Assembly (NCBI GenBank): GCA_963724995.1
Contig: CAVRXC010000009.1
Span: 1,277 to 65,276 of the forward strand
DNA length: 64,000 nt
Direction of reading: 5' to 3'
From: an uncultured Actinomycetes bacterium
Lineage (GTDB): Bacteria > Actinomycetota > Thermoleophilia > Gaiellales > Gaiellaceae
Part shown: positions 62,873 to 64,000 of the stretch, piece by piece
Layout: each line of letters opens with the position of its first letter
How positions within the stretch are numbered: the first letter of the stretch is position 1
The notes under the pieces: generated by a model
Told to the model about the DNA's origin: nothing
Databases searched by the model: none
The model's input: the letters and a program-made list of their open reading frames with translations, nothing else
Made by a program: the position numbers and the translations under genes

Positions 62873-64000
62873 CTCGTCCTCCTCTCAGGCGTGAACCGGC
62901 GTTCGTGCTTCTTGCCGGCCGTCGGCATCGCGGGCCCGATGCCGGGGATCTCGCGTCCGGGCAGCAGCGCGTGCCAGTAGACCCACTGGAACGCGAGCTT
63001 GCCGAGGTGGTTGAGCCGCGACTCGCGCAGCAGCGGCAGTCCGAACGCGGTCGGGAAGTGGCCGGGCAGCGGCTCGGTCTCGTAGTTGAAGTCGATCAGC
63101 AGCGCCTTGTGGAAGCCGGTCTCGATGAAGCAGTTGGCGTGCCCGTCGTAGCCGGCGTCCAGCTCTTCGTCGGCGAGGTAGCGGGCGATGTTCTCGGTCA
63201 GCACCTCGGCCTCGAAGTGCGTCACCGAGCCGGCCTTCGAGGTCGGCAGGTCGGTCGCGTCGCCGAGCGCGAACACGTTCGGCTTCACCGGCGTCTGCAG
63301 GGTGCGCTTGTCGGTCGGGACGAAGCCGAGCGCGTCGCCGAGGCCGGGCGAGCGCTCGACGTAGGCGGCACCGCCGTGGAGCGGGATCGTGACGAGCAGG
63401 TCGAAGTCGAGCTCGCGGCCGTCGTAGGAGCTGAGCGTGCCGCCGACGCCGTCGACCTCGCCGGCGTTGAACTCGGTCACGAGCTCGATCTCCTTCTCGG
63501 CGAGCAGGCCGGCCAGATGCTCGGAGGCGATCGGCTTGGTGAAGGCACCGTCGAGCGGCGTCGCGTAGACGAGCTCCGTGCGGTTGCGGATTCCGCGCTC
63601 GCGCAGGTGCCAGTCGGCGAGGAAAGCGAACTCGAGCGGCGCGACCGGGCACTTGATCGGCATGTCGACCAGGTTCACGACGAGGCGGCCGCCGTCGAAG
63701 CGCTCGAGCGCACCGCTGCAGCGCCTCGGCGCCTTCCGGGTCGTAGAAGGTGAACACGCGCTCGTTCCAGCCTGCACCGGTCATGCCTTCGGTCTCTTCG
63801 GGCTGTAGGCGCACGCCGGTGGCGACGACGAGCACGTCGTATGGGAGCACGGTGCCGTCGTCGAGCAGCACCTCGTCGCGCTCGGCCCAGACCTCTTCGA
63901 CCTCGTGCTCATGGAAGACGACGCCGGCGCGCAGCTGGCGTCGGCGCGGCCGCACGATCTCGTCGACGTGGGCGAGCCCGAAGGGGACGAAGAGCAGGCC
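62869..64000 (-). CDS. sqr: Sulfide:quinone oxidoreductase (type III-like), 5' end outside the window, frameshifted
   Basis: GLLFVPFG, YDVLVVATG, IKCPVAPLEF, FALGDAT, SKAGS, YDGHANCFIETG. Confidence 0.85.

Noticed and set aside
1-64000. Widespread frameshifts read as mass pseudogenisation or programmed frameshifting
   Set aside because: They also hit housekeeping genes (pckA, sdhA, sdhB) with all motifs intact and cluster in patches, which fits long-read indel error

Overview
High-GC bacterial DNA (about 70% GC by eye, not computed). Gene content and signal-peptide style suggest an actinomycete of the Thermoleophilia/Gaiellales type (inference). Many genes, housekeeping ones included (pckA, sdhA, sdhB), are split by single-base indels typical of uncorrected long reads, so gene boundaries below are stitched across frames. 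Main blocks: (1) 0.3-16.6 kb is a lasso-peptide (RiPP) cluster interleaved with glycosyltransferases: RRE/PqqD, HPr-kinase-like kinase, B2 peptidase, a 57-aa precursor, an Asn-synthetase-like cyclase, an ABC exporter, a nucleotidyltransferase and a LuxR regulator. A second RRE precedes an unusual single ORF joining cyclase, a leader-like linker and a kinase. (2) xerD/xerC, hydrolases, plsC, a MazF-type TA pair, an ABC transporter and pckA. (3) 25.4-40 kb is a signalling island: an adenylate cyclase-SARP-degenerate SIR2 fusion coupled to a membrane nSTAND1-WD40 protein, a convergent SARP-pseudocyclase-STAND regulator, four promoters with 11-bp-phased repeats, an 11-codon micro-ORF and several secreted proteins. 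(4) A non-classical sdhAB plus CCG-subunit operon, asd with a degenerate aspartokinase, and dnaX-ybaB-recR. (5) An accessory region with an integrase remnant and an sqr-tusE/dsrC-dsrE sulfur module at the right edge. No rRNA, tRNA or CRISPR array was recognised.
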